Assembly (NCBI GenBank): GCA_965223325.1
Contig: CBDCWI010000001.1
Location: forward strand, 1,856,001-1,920,000
DNA length: 64,000 bases
Direction of reading: 5' to 3'
From: Candidatus Multivoradales bacterium
GTDB taxonomy: Bacteria > Acidobacteriota > Thermoanaerobaculia > Multivoradales > Multivoraceae
Shown: one piece after another, positions 19,790 to 29,237 of the stretch
Position numbering within the stretch: the first letter of the stretch is position 1
Layout of the letters: every line of letters starts with the position of its first letter
Program-made: the position numbers and the translations under genes
Notes under the pieces: model-generated
Databases searched by the model: none
What the model was told of the DNA's origin: nothing
The model's input: the letters and a program-made list of their open reading frames with translations, nothing else

Positions 19790-20761
19790 CTACTCCAGCT
19801 CCATGGTGATGTTCTGGTCGATGCCGATGCGCATGTTCATGGCCTCTTCGCCAGGCGCTGAAATCGCGATATCGACCGTCATCACCTGGTGCATCCTGCT
19901 GGTCAACAGGACGCCCGTATCGCGGCTCAAGCACATGGTGCCACTGGCTTCTTTGACGTCCATGTCCATCGTCATTTCTCCACCAAAGCTAGCCGCAAGC
20001 TGGTCGAGCATCTGGCTCGCACCGCCCATGCTCATGTCGATGTCCACCAGGAGCTCGAGACAGGGCGTGCCGTCGACCTCCGACGCGCCAGCCACCGTGT
20101 AGGTCGACTTCATGGCGAGCTCACCAAGGATCGGATTGGGCGCCTGCGCATCCCAGGTCCACGAGTCTCCAGTCTCGAGAGCGTGCTCTGGAAAGACCGG
20201 CATACTGCCTTGCATCATGGCAACCATCGACTCGTCGCCAAGCCCCTGCTTCATCATCTGGGCCTGCTGCTTCATCATCGGGTCATCGGATTCGGCCATC
20301 GCGTCCCACATCGCGTCGAGCCCCGAAACACTACGCACCTCTCCGCGATCACTCATGACGGTCTCGAAGGTCTGGTCGATCAGTGCGGACATCTCGCCGA
20401 GCTCCGACGCATCGCCTGCTTCAGGCGCGTTGCTGTCCCAGTGCATGATCGAGGCGCCGCCCTGCTTGACGTCCATGATCATGCTCTCGATCACCGACTC
20501 GAGCCTGAAATCGCTGCCGACCTTCTCCCTGGCCACCTGCGTCATCGTCATGGAAATGTCGTTCGACATTTTCTGGCCGCCCATCGGACCGAGGTCCATG
20601 TCCATTTCCTGCAGGGTCTGAGTGCGGTACTTGAGGACCTCGCCGATGGGTGGGTCGTAACGAAGTTCCCAGTTCTGAGCGTTGACTGAAGCGGCAGCGA
20701 ACACGAAGACCGCTACGATGGCGCCGCGCAGAACGAAGGAACCGGTGTTCAAGAAGGACAT
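19790..20761 (-). CDS. Secreted DUF6263-like beta-rich protein
   Basis: GGAG RBS then ATG 20761; signal peptide ending VNA; LRYDPPIG, RGEV..VSG, FPEHALETGDSW, DTGVL; strikingly Met-rich. Confidence 0.65.
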   Translation of the reverse strand: MSFLNTGSFVLRGAIVAVFVFAAASVNAQNWELRYDPPIGEVLKYRTQTLQEMDMDLGPMGGQKMSNDISMTMTQVAREKVGSDFRLESVIESMIMDVKQGGASIMHWDSNAPEAGDASELGEMSALIDQTFETVMSDRGEVRSVSGLDAMWDAMAESDDPMMKQQAQMMKQGLGDESMVAMMQGSMPVFPEHALETGDSWTWDAQAPNPILGELAMKSTYTVAGASEVDGTPCLELLVDIDMSMGGASQMLDQLAASFGGEMTMDMDVKEASGTMCLSRDTGVLLTSRMHQVMTVDIAISAPGEEAMNMRIGIDQNITMELE

Positions 20762-20872
20762 CTGGATCTCCAGGTAGAGGAAAGAAACGGCGCCGGGGGA
20801 GCTCGACCCGGCGATGAATGTTAACGAAAGCTCAGCCTGCAGCCGAGCTGCACGAGCCCGTATGCTTCGGCC

Positions 20873-21619
20873 ATGCACGCCATCGAACTCAGGTCTTCAG
20901 CCTTTCTGCGGTTCTCTACGCTCGCCAGTATCGTGGCATTCGCTTCGGCAGTGGTCGTGGGCGAGGAAACCGCCCGCAGCGAGCCCGCCACCACGCGAAC
21001 CGTCACTCTTTCCGGTCAGGAGATCGAGTTCCTGGCGCCCGAAGGCTTCTTCGAGGTTTCTGGTTTCGCACCCGGCGTCCACGACCGGGTGGCCGCGACG
21101 CTCACGGCACAGCAACAGCTACTCGGAATCTTCCTGAGCCAAGACGACATCGACCGCATTCGACAGGGCGACCCTCCACGCTTCGAGCGCTACTTCAAGG
21201 TTTCTGCTCGCCGGGACGCGAGCGCGCACATGATCGACGAACCCGGCTTCGAGGCGGTTCGCAAGCGTTTCGCATCGAACACCGGCCTGATCGGCAAGAA
21301 CGGATTCGAAAAGGTACCGCCCAGCGAAATGCAACGCTTCGCACAGCCGGGAGCGGTCGCCTACGGCGAGACCCTGATCGTGCGAGTGATCTCGGAGAGC
21401 CCCTGGCATGTGACCCTGGGCACGCTTTCCAATCAAGACCCCAACGGCAACCCACCGATCCTCGTCGCGGGGACGACCAGCGTCGCGCGCCTCGGAAATC
21501 GAGTCGTCGACATCGATGGCTACGCGCTCATGACCGGGCCGCAAACAGCACGTGAGGTCGGCGAAGCGACGGTGGCCTGGATCGAAGCTCTGGTTCTTGC
21601 GGCGCGCGACGAGGAATAG
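20873..21619 (+). CDS. Secreted hypothetical protein
   Basis: 248-aa ORF with signal-like N-terminus and genome-typical codon usage; fills the gap between flanking genes. Confidence 0.6.
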   Translation: MHAIELRSSAFLRFSTLASIVAFASAVVVGEETARSEPATTRTVTLSGQEIEFLAPEGFFEVSGFAPGVHDRVAATLTAQQQLLGIFLSQDDIDRIRQGDPPRFERYFKVSARRDASAHMIDEPGFEAVRKRFASNTGLIGKNGFEKVPPSEMQRFAQPGAVAYGETLIVRVISESPWHVTLGTLSNQDPNGNPPILVAGTTSVARLGNRVVDIDGYALMTGPQTAREVGEATVAWIEALVLAARDEE

Positions 21620-21623
21620 ACCC

Positions 21624-22850
21624 TCAGGTACTGCTATCGCTCGCGCCGTCGGCCGGTAGGCCCATCACCCGGCGATACTCACGATCGAAGGCCGGCAGCA
21701 TGCTCTCGACCGAAGCGTAGGGCCCAGGAACGTAGCCGCGCGAGCTCACGCCACGCTGCACACGTTCACAGAGCGCCCAGTCCTGGCGGTTGGTCTGGTC
21801 CCAGAACTCGATCGCCGGCTGCGGGTCAGAGCCTTCTCGACCGGGCTCGAAGAGCCAGTGACAGTGGATGCGAGTGCGATCGCAGGCGAGGGGCTCCAAG
21901 CGGTGCAGCAAGACAAAGTCTGGATGCGCGGAAAGAAACAGATTGGGAAACAGCGTGTAGTAGCGCACCAGATCGAGGTCTTCGGGCAGGAGGCCCGGAA
22001 GAGGTGGCGCCGAGCGACCGCCATGGGTACTGAGACTAGTCTCGGCGCGGGCCAACCTCATGGGGCCACCGAGAACCGGCCCCTCGGTGACCTCGTTCCA
22101 ACTGTCGCGCCAGGGAGAGAGCTTGTTGAGCTGTGGATGCACGGTCGGACAGTGGTAGCACTCGCTGTAGTTCTGGAACAGGAGCTTCCAGTTCGTGGCA
22201 ACGTCATAGAGCTGGCAGTGCACCGAAAGGAGATCGGCGATTCTGTAGCGCTCGAGCGGCGTGTCGCACAGGGCGGTGAGGGCATCGAGAAGCGGCGGTG
22301 CTTCGGGGTCGGGGTTGATGAACACCAGGCCGTTCCACTCTTCGAGCCGCAGCTCGAGCAGCGGCCAGTCGGAGGGCTCGAAGCCAGGCGTGTCGGCCAT
22401 GTTGGGCGCCGACGCAAGGCGCCCGTCGAGCTTCCAGGTCCACGAGTGGTACGGGCACTGGATGCGGCCCGGTAACTCGCAGACAGCAGAAGGGGCCGAA
22501 TCCCGCGCTTCACAGAGCACCGCGCCGCGATGGCGACAAACATTCCAGAACGCATGCAGCGACGGTGTCCCAGGCGAGTCGTTCTCGCCGGCCACCAGCA
22601 AGACGCCATCGCCAAACGCTTCCAGTAAAAGGTAGCGACCCGTCGTTGGGACCTCCGATCGATGAGCCGCGAACTGCCACGAGCGTCCGAAGACCGACTC
22701 GCGCTCGCGTTCGAAGACTTCGTTTGCGGTGTAGTACTGAGCCGGCAGCATGCGCTCGAGGCGAGGGCGGGCAGCGGGCGCGGTCACTTCCACTCCCTCG
22801 AGACCGGTGTCCTGAGGCCCGAGATCCTCATGACGCCCAGACATCGACAT
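21624..22850 (-). CDS. Rieske non-heme iron oxygenase alpha subunit (choline monooxygenase/GbcA-like)
   Basis: NVCRHRG and CPYHSW Rieske ligands; NWKL..NYSECYHCPTVH and QD mononuclear Fe ligands; start MSMSG overlaps the P450 stop. Confidence 0.9.
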   Translation of the reverse strand: MSMSGRHEDLGPQDTGLEGVEVTAPAARPRLERMLPAQYYTANEVFERERESVFGRSWQFAAHRSEVPTTGRYLLLEAFGDGVLLVAGENDSPGTPSLHAFWNVCRHRGAVLCEARDSAPSAVCELPGRIQCPYHSWTWKLDGRLASAPNMADTPGFEPSDWPLLELRLEEWNGLVFINPDPEAPPLLDALTALCDTPLERYRIADLLSVHCQLYDVATNWKLLFQNYSECYHCPTVHPQLNKLSPWRDSWNEVTEGPVLGGPMRLARAETSLSTHGGRSAPPLPGLLPEDLDLVRYYTLFPNLFLSAHPDFVLLHRLEPLACDRTRIHCHWLFEPGREGSDPQPAIEFWDQTNRQDWALCERVQRGVSSRGYVPGPYASVESMLPAFDREYRRVMGLPADGASDSST

Positions 22851-25800
22851 GGTAGCGACCCCGTTCAGCGAGGTCTTCCAGCCAGGCCTCCGCTGCGGCC
22901 TCGTCGCCACCCTTCTTGGCACGCCACACCTCGGCAAGGGCGCGGCGCACGGCCGGCGCCATCTCGCCGGCATCACCGCAGACGTAGACCACCGCACCTT
23001 CCTCGAGGAGATCCCAGACCTGGTCGCCATGCTCTCGGATGCGGTCTTGGACATAGACCTTCTCCTTTTGCGCGCGCGAGAAGGCCTGGATCGAGAGCAC
23101 GACGCCCTTCTTCTCGAAGGCGGCGATCTCGTCGCGATACAACCAGTCGTGATCAGGGTGGCGACAGCCGAAGAACAACAGGGACCCTGCGACCGGCCGC
23201 CCCTCCTCCATCGCACACGCTCGCTCCTGGAGAAAGCCACGGAAAGGCGCGATCCCGGTTCCCGGACCCACCATGATCATCGGCACGGCGAGGGACGGCG
23301 GCGGGCGGAATGGAGTCGCACTGTCGCGGACGAACGCATAGACCGAACTCCCCTTCTCCTTCAGCGCGAGGTAGTTCGAAGCCACCCCCTTGAAGATGCC
23401 GTGACCGGAAAGCGCCGGTGCCTCGACCACCGCGACCGTCAAGCTCAGAATCGAACCGGTGGCCCTGGGCGACGACGAGATCGAGTAGTACCGCGGCCGC
23501 AGCGGTGGCAGCAGCGAGAGGTACACACCGAACGGCACCTCGCAGGCTGGGAACTCATCCAGCAGGTCGATCAGCGACTTGCGCCTCTCGAGCACCTCGG
23601 CGCGGTACCGCGCCTGACCCTCGTCGTCGGCGGCAATCAGCGCCTCGAGCGCCGCACTGGTATGCGGGCACCGCGTGTGGTCGGCCAGGGTCTGAATCTG
23701 CTTGCGCGTGGCCGGTTCTTGAAGCTCGACGTAGTCGCGCAGCAGCTGATGAACGGCAATCGCCTCTCCGGTAGGAAAGTCGGCATGGCCGCCGCGGTCG
23801 AATACTTTGATGCGCGTCTGCTCGTCGAAGGCAAAGCGTTCGGCAACTCGCCGAACGATCGCGCTGTCGTTGTGCGCGATGACTCCCAGGTGATCTCCCG
23901 CTTCGTAGGCCACCCCCGGCGGAACGGCGAGCTCGATATGGCGGGTGGATCGTTCGGCACCGGGTGCTTGAAGCTCGCGGTTCTCGACCACCACCATCGG
24001 CCGCGCCGAGAACTGCGCCACGAACGGGTTGGGGTGGTGCTCGTTGACTACCTCGACTTCGAAGGCCGCCGGTCGCGCGCGCGCACCCTCGAGATCGAGA
24101 GATAGGTCGAGCACTTCGACGACCTGCGGCCAGAGCGGCTGGTACCAGGCCTCGAAGTCGCCGTCGAAGTCGGCGCTGCCGTCGCCCTCGCCTCGCTCGT
24201 GCACCCGGTTGGCGCCATGCTCGGCGAGCAATGCATCGATCAGCTGCGGCACCTGCTGATACGTCGCAGCCCAGTCTCGGTGACCGCAGCCGAAAACACT
24301 GTAGTTCACCCCTCTTAGGGCATCGCTCTCGAGATCGCCTGAGCGCAGCCAGTCGACGAAGCGACGGGCGTTGTCAGGCGGCGTTCCGTTGTAGGAAGCG
24401 GTCACGATACACACCGCGCCCTCGGTCGGCAAGGCACCGGCATACTCGTCGAGTGGCGCAATCGTCACGGCGAAGCCGCGCGCCTCACCGCCTTCGGCCA
24501 ACCGATGCGCAACTCCCTCAGCGGTTCCCATGTTCGAGCCGTAGAGCACCAGGAGCGGCGTGGCGTGCTGGGGAACGGCCGCGGGCTCCGAAGCGGTCGA
24601 CTCGGCGACTGCCGGTGCCTCTCCGGAGAGGTCAGGGGCCGCAACGGCAACGGCAGCCGAGGCGCGTTCGTGCACGCGTCGGCGAACCTGAATATGGAAA
24701 TCGTCGGGCTTGAGCGTCAACGTTTCTTTGACCTTGAGCTCGTAGTTGCGTGAATCGACCAGATCGAAGCGCTGCAAGATCATCCCGAGAGCGAGAGTCG
24801 CCTCGTGCATTGCGAACTGGCGGCCAATGCAGGCGCGTTGCCCATTGCCGAAGGGCTTGTACGCATTGACCGGCCGTCCTTGTACCTGTTCAGGTGCGAA
24901 ACGATCCGGATCGAACCTCTCGACATCGTCTCCCCACACCTCGGGATCGCGATGCAGCATCGGAGTGAGCACCACCAGGCCCTGTGTCTTGTCGATCTCG
25001 TAGCCGGTCTTGTCGTCGCCACCGATGTAGGTGCGCCCTTCTTTGGGGAAGAGCGAGAACATTGGCGCCGTCGGCCACAAGCGCAGCGACTCATCGAGCA
25101 CCTGGCGCACGTAGCGCAACTCGGTGACCTGGCGATAGGTCGGTTGGCGCGAGGTGTCGGTTCCGAACACGCGATCGACTTCCTCGCGCGCGCGCTCGAG
25201 CACCTCAGGGTGCTTGAGCAAGAAGTACGTTGCAAAGGCGAGGGTGCCGCTGGTGGTCTCGTGACCGGCGATCAGGAAGGTGATGATCTGGTAGCGAATG
25301 TTGAGGTCGTCGAGACCTTGCCCGGTTTCGCGATCGCGCCCCACCAGCATGTGGGCCAGGAGATCATCGTGCACCGCCAGGTCGACACCGGCCGCGCGGC
25401 GCTCTTGGATGATCTTGTCGACCGTTCGATTCATCAAATCGACGGCGCGCTCGAGCCGCTTGTTCTCGCGAAAGAAGAACTCTTTGGGCATCTTCGGCCG
25501 CCCCGAACGCTCCATGGCAATCGACAGCGAGCGCGTCATGGCGCGCACGAAGGGGTGCATGCGCTCCTTGTAGAAGGAGTTGAAGCGGTAGTCAAAACCG
25601 CACAGGCCGATGGTGTCGAGTGTCAGCCGGGTCATTTCATCGGCGACGTCGATCTCTTCTTCGGGGTTGAGCCGCTCCCAGCGCTCCATCATCTGCTCTG
25701 CAATGTCGAGCATCATCGGGTGGTAACGCTTCATCGCCGCCATCGAAAAACTCGGCATGAGAATCGAGTGCGCCAGTCGCCAGTTGGGTTCGAAGGTGTG

Positions 25801-26079
25801 CGCCGTGAAGAGCCCGTCGCCGGCGAAGGCGCGCACCTGTTGCAGCGGCGCCCAGACACGCTTGTCGAAACGCGTTTCGTCTGAGAGTTCATCGACGAGG
25901 CGATGACTCGAAACGAAGACCACTCGGAAGCCGCCGACTGCAATCGAGAAGATCTCGCCGTACTCGCGGGCGAGCTCCATCGTGTCCTGGGTCTGGCGAT
26001 CCGAAGCGATATCGAAGGCGTTGCCAACGATCGGTTTTTCAGGCGGATGCGGTATCGGCCGCCGGGCGGGAGCTGTCAT
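22828..26079 (-). CDS. Bifunctional cytochrome P450/NADPH-P450 reductase (CYP102 / BM3 type)
   Basis: FAGDGLFT, AGHETTSG, ESLRLWPTAP, FGNGQRACIG heme motif; flavodoxin LYGSNMGT; RYYSISSS, GPGTGIAPFRGF, YVCGD, terminal DVWAS. Confidence 0.97.
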   Translation of the reverse strand: MTAPARRPIPHPPEKPIVGNAFDIASDRQTQDTMELAREYGEIFSIAVGGFRVVFVSSHRLVDELSDETRFDKRVWAPLQQVRAFAGDGLFTAHTFEPNWRLAHSILMPSFSMAAMKRYHPMMLDIAEQMMERWERLNPEEEIDVADEMTRLTLDTIGLCGFDYRFNSFYKERMHPFVRAMTRSLSIAMERSGRPKMPKEFFFRENKRLERAVDLMNRTVDKIIQERRAAGVDLAVHDDLLAHMLVGRDRETGQGLDDLNIRYQIITFLIAGHETTSGTLAFATYFLLKHPEVLERAREEVDRVFGTDTSRQPTYRQVTELRYVRQVLDESLRLWPTAPMFSLFPKEGRTYIGGDDKTGYEIDKTQGLVVLTPMLHRDPEVWGDDVERFDPDRFAPEQVQGRPVNAYKPFGNGQRACIGRQFAMHEATLALGMILQRFDLVDSRNYELKVKETLTLKPDDFHIQVRRRVHERASAAVAVAAPDLSGEAPAVAESTASEPAAVPQHATPLLVLYGSNMGTAEGVAHRLAEGGEARGFAVTIAPLDEYAGALPTEGAVCIVTASYNGTPPDNARRFVDWLRSGDLESDALRGVNYSVFGCGHRDWAATYQQVPQLIDALLAEHGANRVHERGEGDGSADFDGDFEAWYQPLWPQVVEVLDLSLDLEGARARPAAFEVEVVNEHHPNPFVAQFSARPMVVVENRELQAPGAERSTRHIELAVPPGVAYEAGDHLGVIAHNDSAIVRRVAERFAFDEQTRIKVFDRGGHADFPTGEAIAVHQLLRDYVELQEPATRKQIQTLADHTRCPHTSAALEALIAADDEGQARYRAEVLERRKSLIDLLDEFPACEVPFGVYLSLLPPLRPRYYSISSSPRATGSILSLTVAVVEAPALSGHGIFKGVASNYLALKEKGSSVYAFVRDSATPFRPPPSLAVPMIMVGPGTGIAPFRGFLQERACAMEEGRPVAGSLLFFGCRHPDHDWLYRDEIAAFEKKGVVLSIQAFSRAQKEKVYVQDRIREHGDQVWDLLEEGAVVYVCGDAGEMAPAVRRALAEVWRAKKGGDEAAAEAWLEDLAERGRYHVDVWAS

Positions 26080-26185
26080 GGCGAACCTCGCTCAACAAAC
26101 CCGCGGTGCGGGTCCAGAGAAGTGGCAGGGAGTCGCCCGATTCTACTCCGGCTGTCGGGCAGTCCGGGGGCGCCAGAGTCGTCTG

Positions 26186-26740
26186 CTACTGGACCTCGTA
26201 GGTCGCCATGTAAAGAAGCGCCGGCGAGTAGATGTGAAGGGTGACGAGGTCACCTCCGCAGCAATTCTCGACGGCGTGGATATCGGCCTCGTCGTTCGCA
26301 CAGATGAAGCCGGTCTCGAGTTGTCGACTCGACTTCACTTTGACCAGCGGTGGCGCGCCAGGAGCCGCGCCGGCGAGCGGTTGATAGATGCGCTCGGTGG
26401 CACATCCGTCGAGGACCCGAAAGGCGCAGCTCGACCCGCTATGGTCGTGGATCGGGCTGCCCTGGCCGTCCTTCCAGCACAACAGGAGAGCCTGGTAGCT
26501 CGGCCCCTCATGCAGCAGATTGCGGCAGTAACAACGATTGTCAAAGACGCACAGGTCGCGGAGGTCCTGACAGTCGATCACCAGTTCCCGCAGAGCTCGA
26601 TCGAGGGCTGCTAATGGCACGCGATCCTCGTAGACGTCGAGGCGCGCGAACATCTCTTGCAAGCGGGCGGGAACACGCGGCTCACAGGGGGCGATTCCGA
26701 GTTCAGCGGCGGTAGCTTTTGGTATTTCTTGGATCGCCAT
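26186..26740 (-). CDS. Cysteine dioxygenase type I
   Basis: YCRNLL, W..GQGSPIHDHSGSSC, IHAVEN, TLHIYSP (3-His cupin). Confidence 0.88.
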   Translation of the reverse strand: MAIQEIPKATAAELGIAPCEPRVPARLQEMFARLDVYEDRVPLAALDRALRELVIDCQDLRDLCVFDNRCYCRNLLHEGPSYQALLLCWKDGQGSPIHDHSGSSCAFRVLDGCATERIYQPLAGAAPGAPPLVKVKSSRQLETGFICANDEADIHAVENCCGGDLVTLHIYSPALLYMATYEVQ

Positions 26741-26749
26741 GATTTCCCC

Positions 26750-26845
26750 AGATAATCCGTCCCTGGAAAGAGATTATCTCCCATTGGGAGCGCAAAATGT
26801 TTGCTTTCTTACCCCATCTATGCTCGATCTGAGGCAAAATTTTGC
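26750..26845. promoter_or_regulatory. AT-rich divergent promoter with Lrp-box-like palindromes
   Basis: GCAAAATTTTGC (26834-26845, perfect palindrome), GCAAAATGTTTGC (26792-26804), GAGATTATCTC (26770-26780), between the CDO and the Lrp-family gene. Confidence 0.65.
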
Positions 26846-26931
26846 TCGTACCGTTCCGCCCGCGGATCGAGGACGCCCTTGGCGACGGACCAAGGGAATT
26901 CAACTACCCCTCAGGATCGAGGAGCCTTTGC

Positions 26932-27408
26932 ATGGACAGCATCGATCGACGCCTCCTGCAACTCCTCCAGGAAGACGCCACCACACCAGTGGCCGACCTG
27001 GCCGACGCCGTCGGCCTGTCGACCTCGCCCTGTTGGCGCCGCATCCAGAAACTCGAGAAGTCCGGCGTGATTCGCTCGCGGGTGGCACTGCTAGACCCCG
27101 AGGCGCTGAACGTGGGAGTGACCTGCTTCGTGTTCATCCGCACCAACCAGCACAACCAGGAGTGGTTCGATCGCTTCGTCTCCACCGTTGACGAGATTCC
27201 CGAAGTGGTCGAGTTCTACCGCATGAGCGGGACGGTCGACTATCTTTTGCGGGTCGTGGTGCCCGATATCGCCGCTTACGACAGCGTCTATCGCCGCCTG
27301 ATCGAGCGCATCGAACTGTTTGACGTGTCGTCAAGCTTTTCGATGGAACGCATCAAGTTCACCACCGCGCTTCCGCTCCAGTACGCCCGGAACGACGGCG
27401 AACCCTGA
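26932..27408 (+). CDS. Lrp/AsnC family regulator (DecR/YbaO-like)
   Basis: GAGGAG RBS; MDSIDRRLLQLLQEDA..VGLSTSPCWRRIQKLE, EFYRMSGTVDYLLRVVVPDIAAYD, IKFTTALP. Confidence 0.93.
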   Translation: MDSIDRRLLQLLQEDATTPVADLADAVGLSTSPCWRRIQKLEKSGVIRSRVALLDPEALNVGVTCFVFIRTNQHNQEWFDRFVSTVDEIPEVVEFYRMSGTVDYLLRVVVPDIAAYDSVYRRLIERIELFDVSSSFSMERIKFTTALPLQYARNDGEP

Positions 27409-27519
27409 GGCTCCCCGGGTCCGCGTGGAGAACTGAGCACCAAAAGCCGTCGCGCGGCGCGGCTGGTAGGTTGGGCGACCTCACCCCCCGAAAGACCGAC
27501 TGCGAAGGAAGCGCGCCTC

Positions 27520-29145
27520 ATGAAGCTCCGATTGAGAGGGTCGAAGCCCACCTGTTCCTGGCAACCCACTCCCTACCGAAAGTTCACGTCCACAGGGGTC
27601 GTGCTCGCTCTAGCCATCCCTGCGTTGTTGATCGGGGGCTGTGGTGAGAGCGCCGATCCTGCACTCACTTCGGCGACTCGCGTTGCTGACCACGGTCCCT
27701 TCGACCTCGTTCTCACCGGCGGAAGAGTGATCGACCCCGAGTCGGGCTTCGACCAGGTGGCCGACGTGGGTATCCGTGATGGTGTGATTCGAGCCGTGAC
27801 CGCCGAGTCACTCGCCGACGCAGTCCAGGAGGGTGGCGAGGTCATCGACACGAGCGGCCTGGTGGTCGCCCCCGGCTTCATCGATCTGCACGCGCACGGA
27901 CAGAGCAAAGAAGCCAACGCCTTCCAGGCGCGCGACGGTGTCACCACGGCGCTCGAGCTCGAATGGGGCTACCCGCGTCTGTCTTCATGGATCGCTTCGC
28001 GCGCCGACAATGCGCGCATTCACTACGGAGCGTCGGTCGCGCACGGCATGGTGCGTACGCTGGTCATGCCCGAGCTGGCCGAAGAAGCCGAAGCCCTCGA
28101 AGAGTCCCTCCGCCAAGCCTCGACCGAGGCCGAGCCGCTGCGCGCTTTACAGGGGACCTTGTCGCGCGGCTTCTACCTGCCGGTCGCACCGGAGCAGTTC
28201 GACGCCGTCGAGGCGGAGCTCAACCGCGGCCTGGCGGAAGGAGCACTCGGGATCGGCATGGCGCACCAGTACTACCCGGGCGCGACGCGCGGCGAGATCT
28301 ACCGCGTCTTCGAAGTCGCCGCGCTCAAAGACGCGCCGATCTACACCCACGTGCGTTCGATGGGCCTCGACGCGATGCAGGAAGTGGTCGCCAACGCCGC
28401 CGCTACTGGCGCGCCGCTTCATATCGTGCACGTCAATTCGTCGAGTCTCGGCGACCTGCCGTTGGTACTCGAGCTGATCAGAGGGGCGCGCGAACATGGC
28501 GTCGATGTCACCACTGAGAGCTATCCCTACACCGCCGGATCGACCTCGATTCAGTCCTCGATCTTCGACGAGGGTTGGCGCGAACGCCTCGACATCGACT
28601 ACGGCGACCTGCAGTGGGAAGCCACCAGCGAACGGCTCACCGCCGACACTTTCGCGCGCTACCGAGCGCGCGGCGGAACCGTGATCATTCACATGATGAA
28701 GGATGAGCTCGTCGACCTGGCCGTGGCGACTCCCTGGGTGATCGTCGGCTCAGACGGCATGCCTTACGCTCCCGGAGCCCATCCCCGCGGAGCAGGCACC
28801 TTTTCGCGTGTTCTCGGTCGCTACGTGAGAGAGCGTGGCGTACTCGATCTACCGACCGCGCTCGCCAAGATGACTATCCTGCCGGCCAAGCGATTGGAGT
28901 CCATCGCACCCCAGATGGCCAGGAAGGGTCGCGTGCAGGCAGGCGCCGACGCCGACCTGGTGGTGTTCGATCCCGAAACCATCATCGACACCGCCACCTT
29001 CGAAGGCGATCTCTCGCCCTCCGAAGGCGTCGAGCACACTCTGGTGCTCGGCACCTTCGTGGTGCGCGACGGGCAGCTCGTCGAGTCGGCGTTTCCTGGT
29101 CAGGCGATCACTGGCCGCTACCTCGGCGAGGGGCCTGTGGAGTAG
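27520..29145 (+). CDS. Lipoprotein amidohydrolase (D-aminoacylase / D-glutamate deacylase-like)
   Basis: Lipobox-like LIGGC; PGFIDLHAH, SDG, HPRGAGTFSRVLG, ADADLVVFDP. The start may instead be GTG 27601. Confidence 0.88.
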   Translation: MKLRLRGSKPTCSWQPTPYRKFTSTGVVLALAIPALLIGGCGESADPALTSATRVADHGPFDLVLTGGRVIDPESGFDQVADVGIRDGVIRAVTAESLADAVQEGGEVIDTSGLVVAPGFIDLHAHGQSKEANAFQARDGVTTALELEWGYPRLSSWIASRADNARIHYGASVAHGMVRTLVMPELAEEAEALEESLRQASTEAEPLRALQGTLSRGFYLPVAPEQFDAVEAELNRGLAEGALGIGMAHQYYPGATRGEIYRVFEVAALKDAPIYTHVRSMGLDAMQEVVANAAATGAPLHIVHVNSSSLGDLPLVLELIRGAREHGVDVTTESYPYTAGSTSIQSSIFDEGWRERLDIDYGDLQWEATSERLTADTFARYRARGGTVIIHMMKDELVDLAVATPWVIVGSDGMPYAPGAHPRGAGTFSRVLGRYVRERGVLDLPTALAKMTILPAKRLESIAPQMARKGRVQAGADADLVVFDPETIIDTATFEGDLSPSEGVEHTLVLGTFVVRDGQLVESAFPGQAITGRYLGEGPVE

Positions 29146-29237
29146 CGAGGCGTCTGCATTTCATCCCAGGCCGATCAAGACAAACCGAACCTGAAACAGC
29201 GGCTTGACACGGCGAACGCACTCCAAGGGCCTTATCG

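Noticed and set aside
21624-23240. 538-aa extended Rieske ORF, and the similar extensions at 10164, 40387, 43745 and 53825
   Set aside because: The extensions overlap other genes or regulatory DNA; downstream starts with RBS or stop-start coupling fit better.
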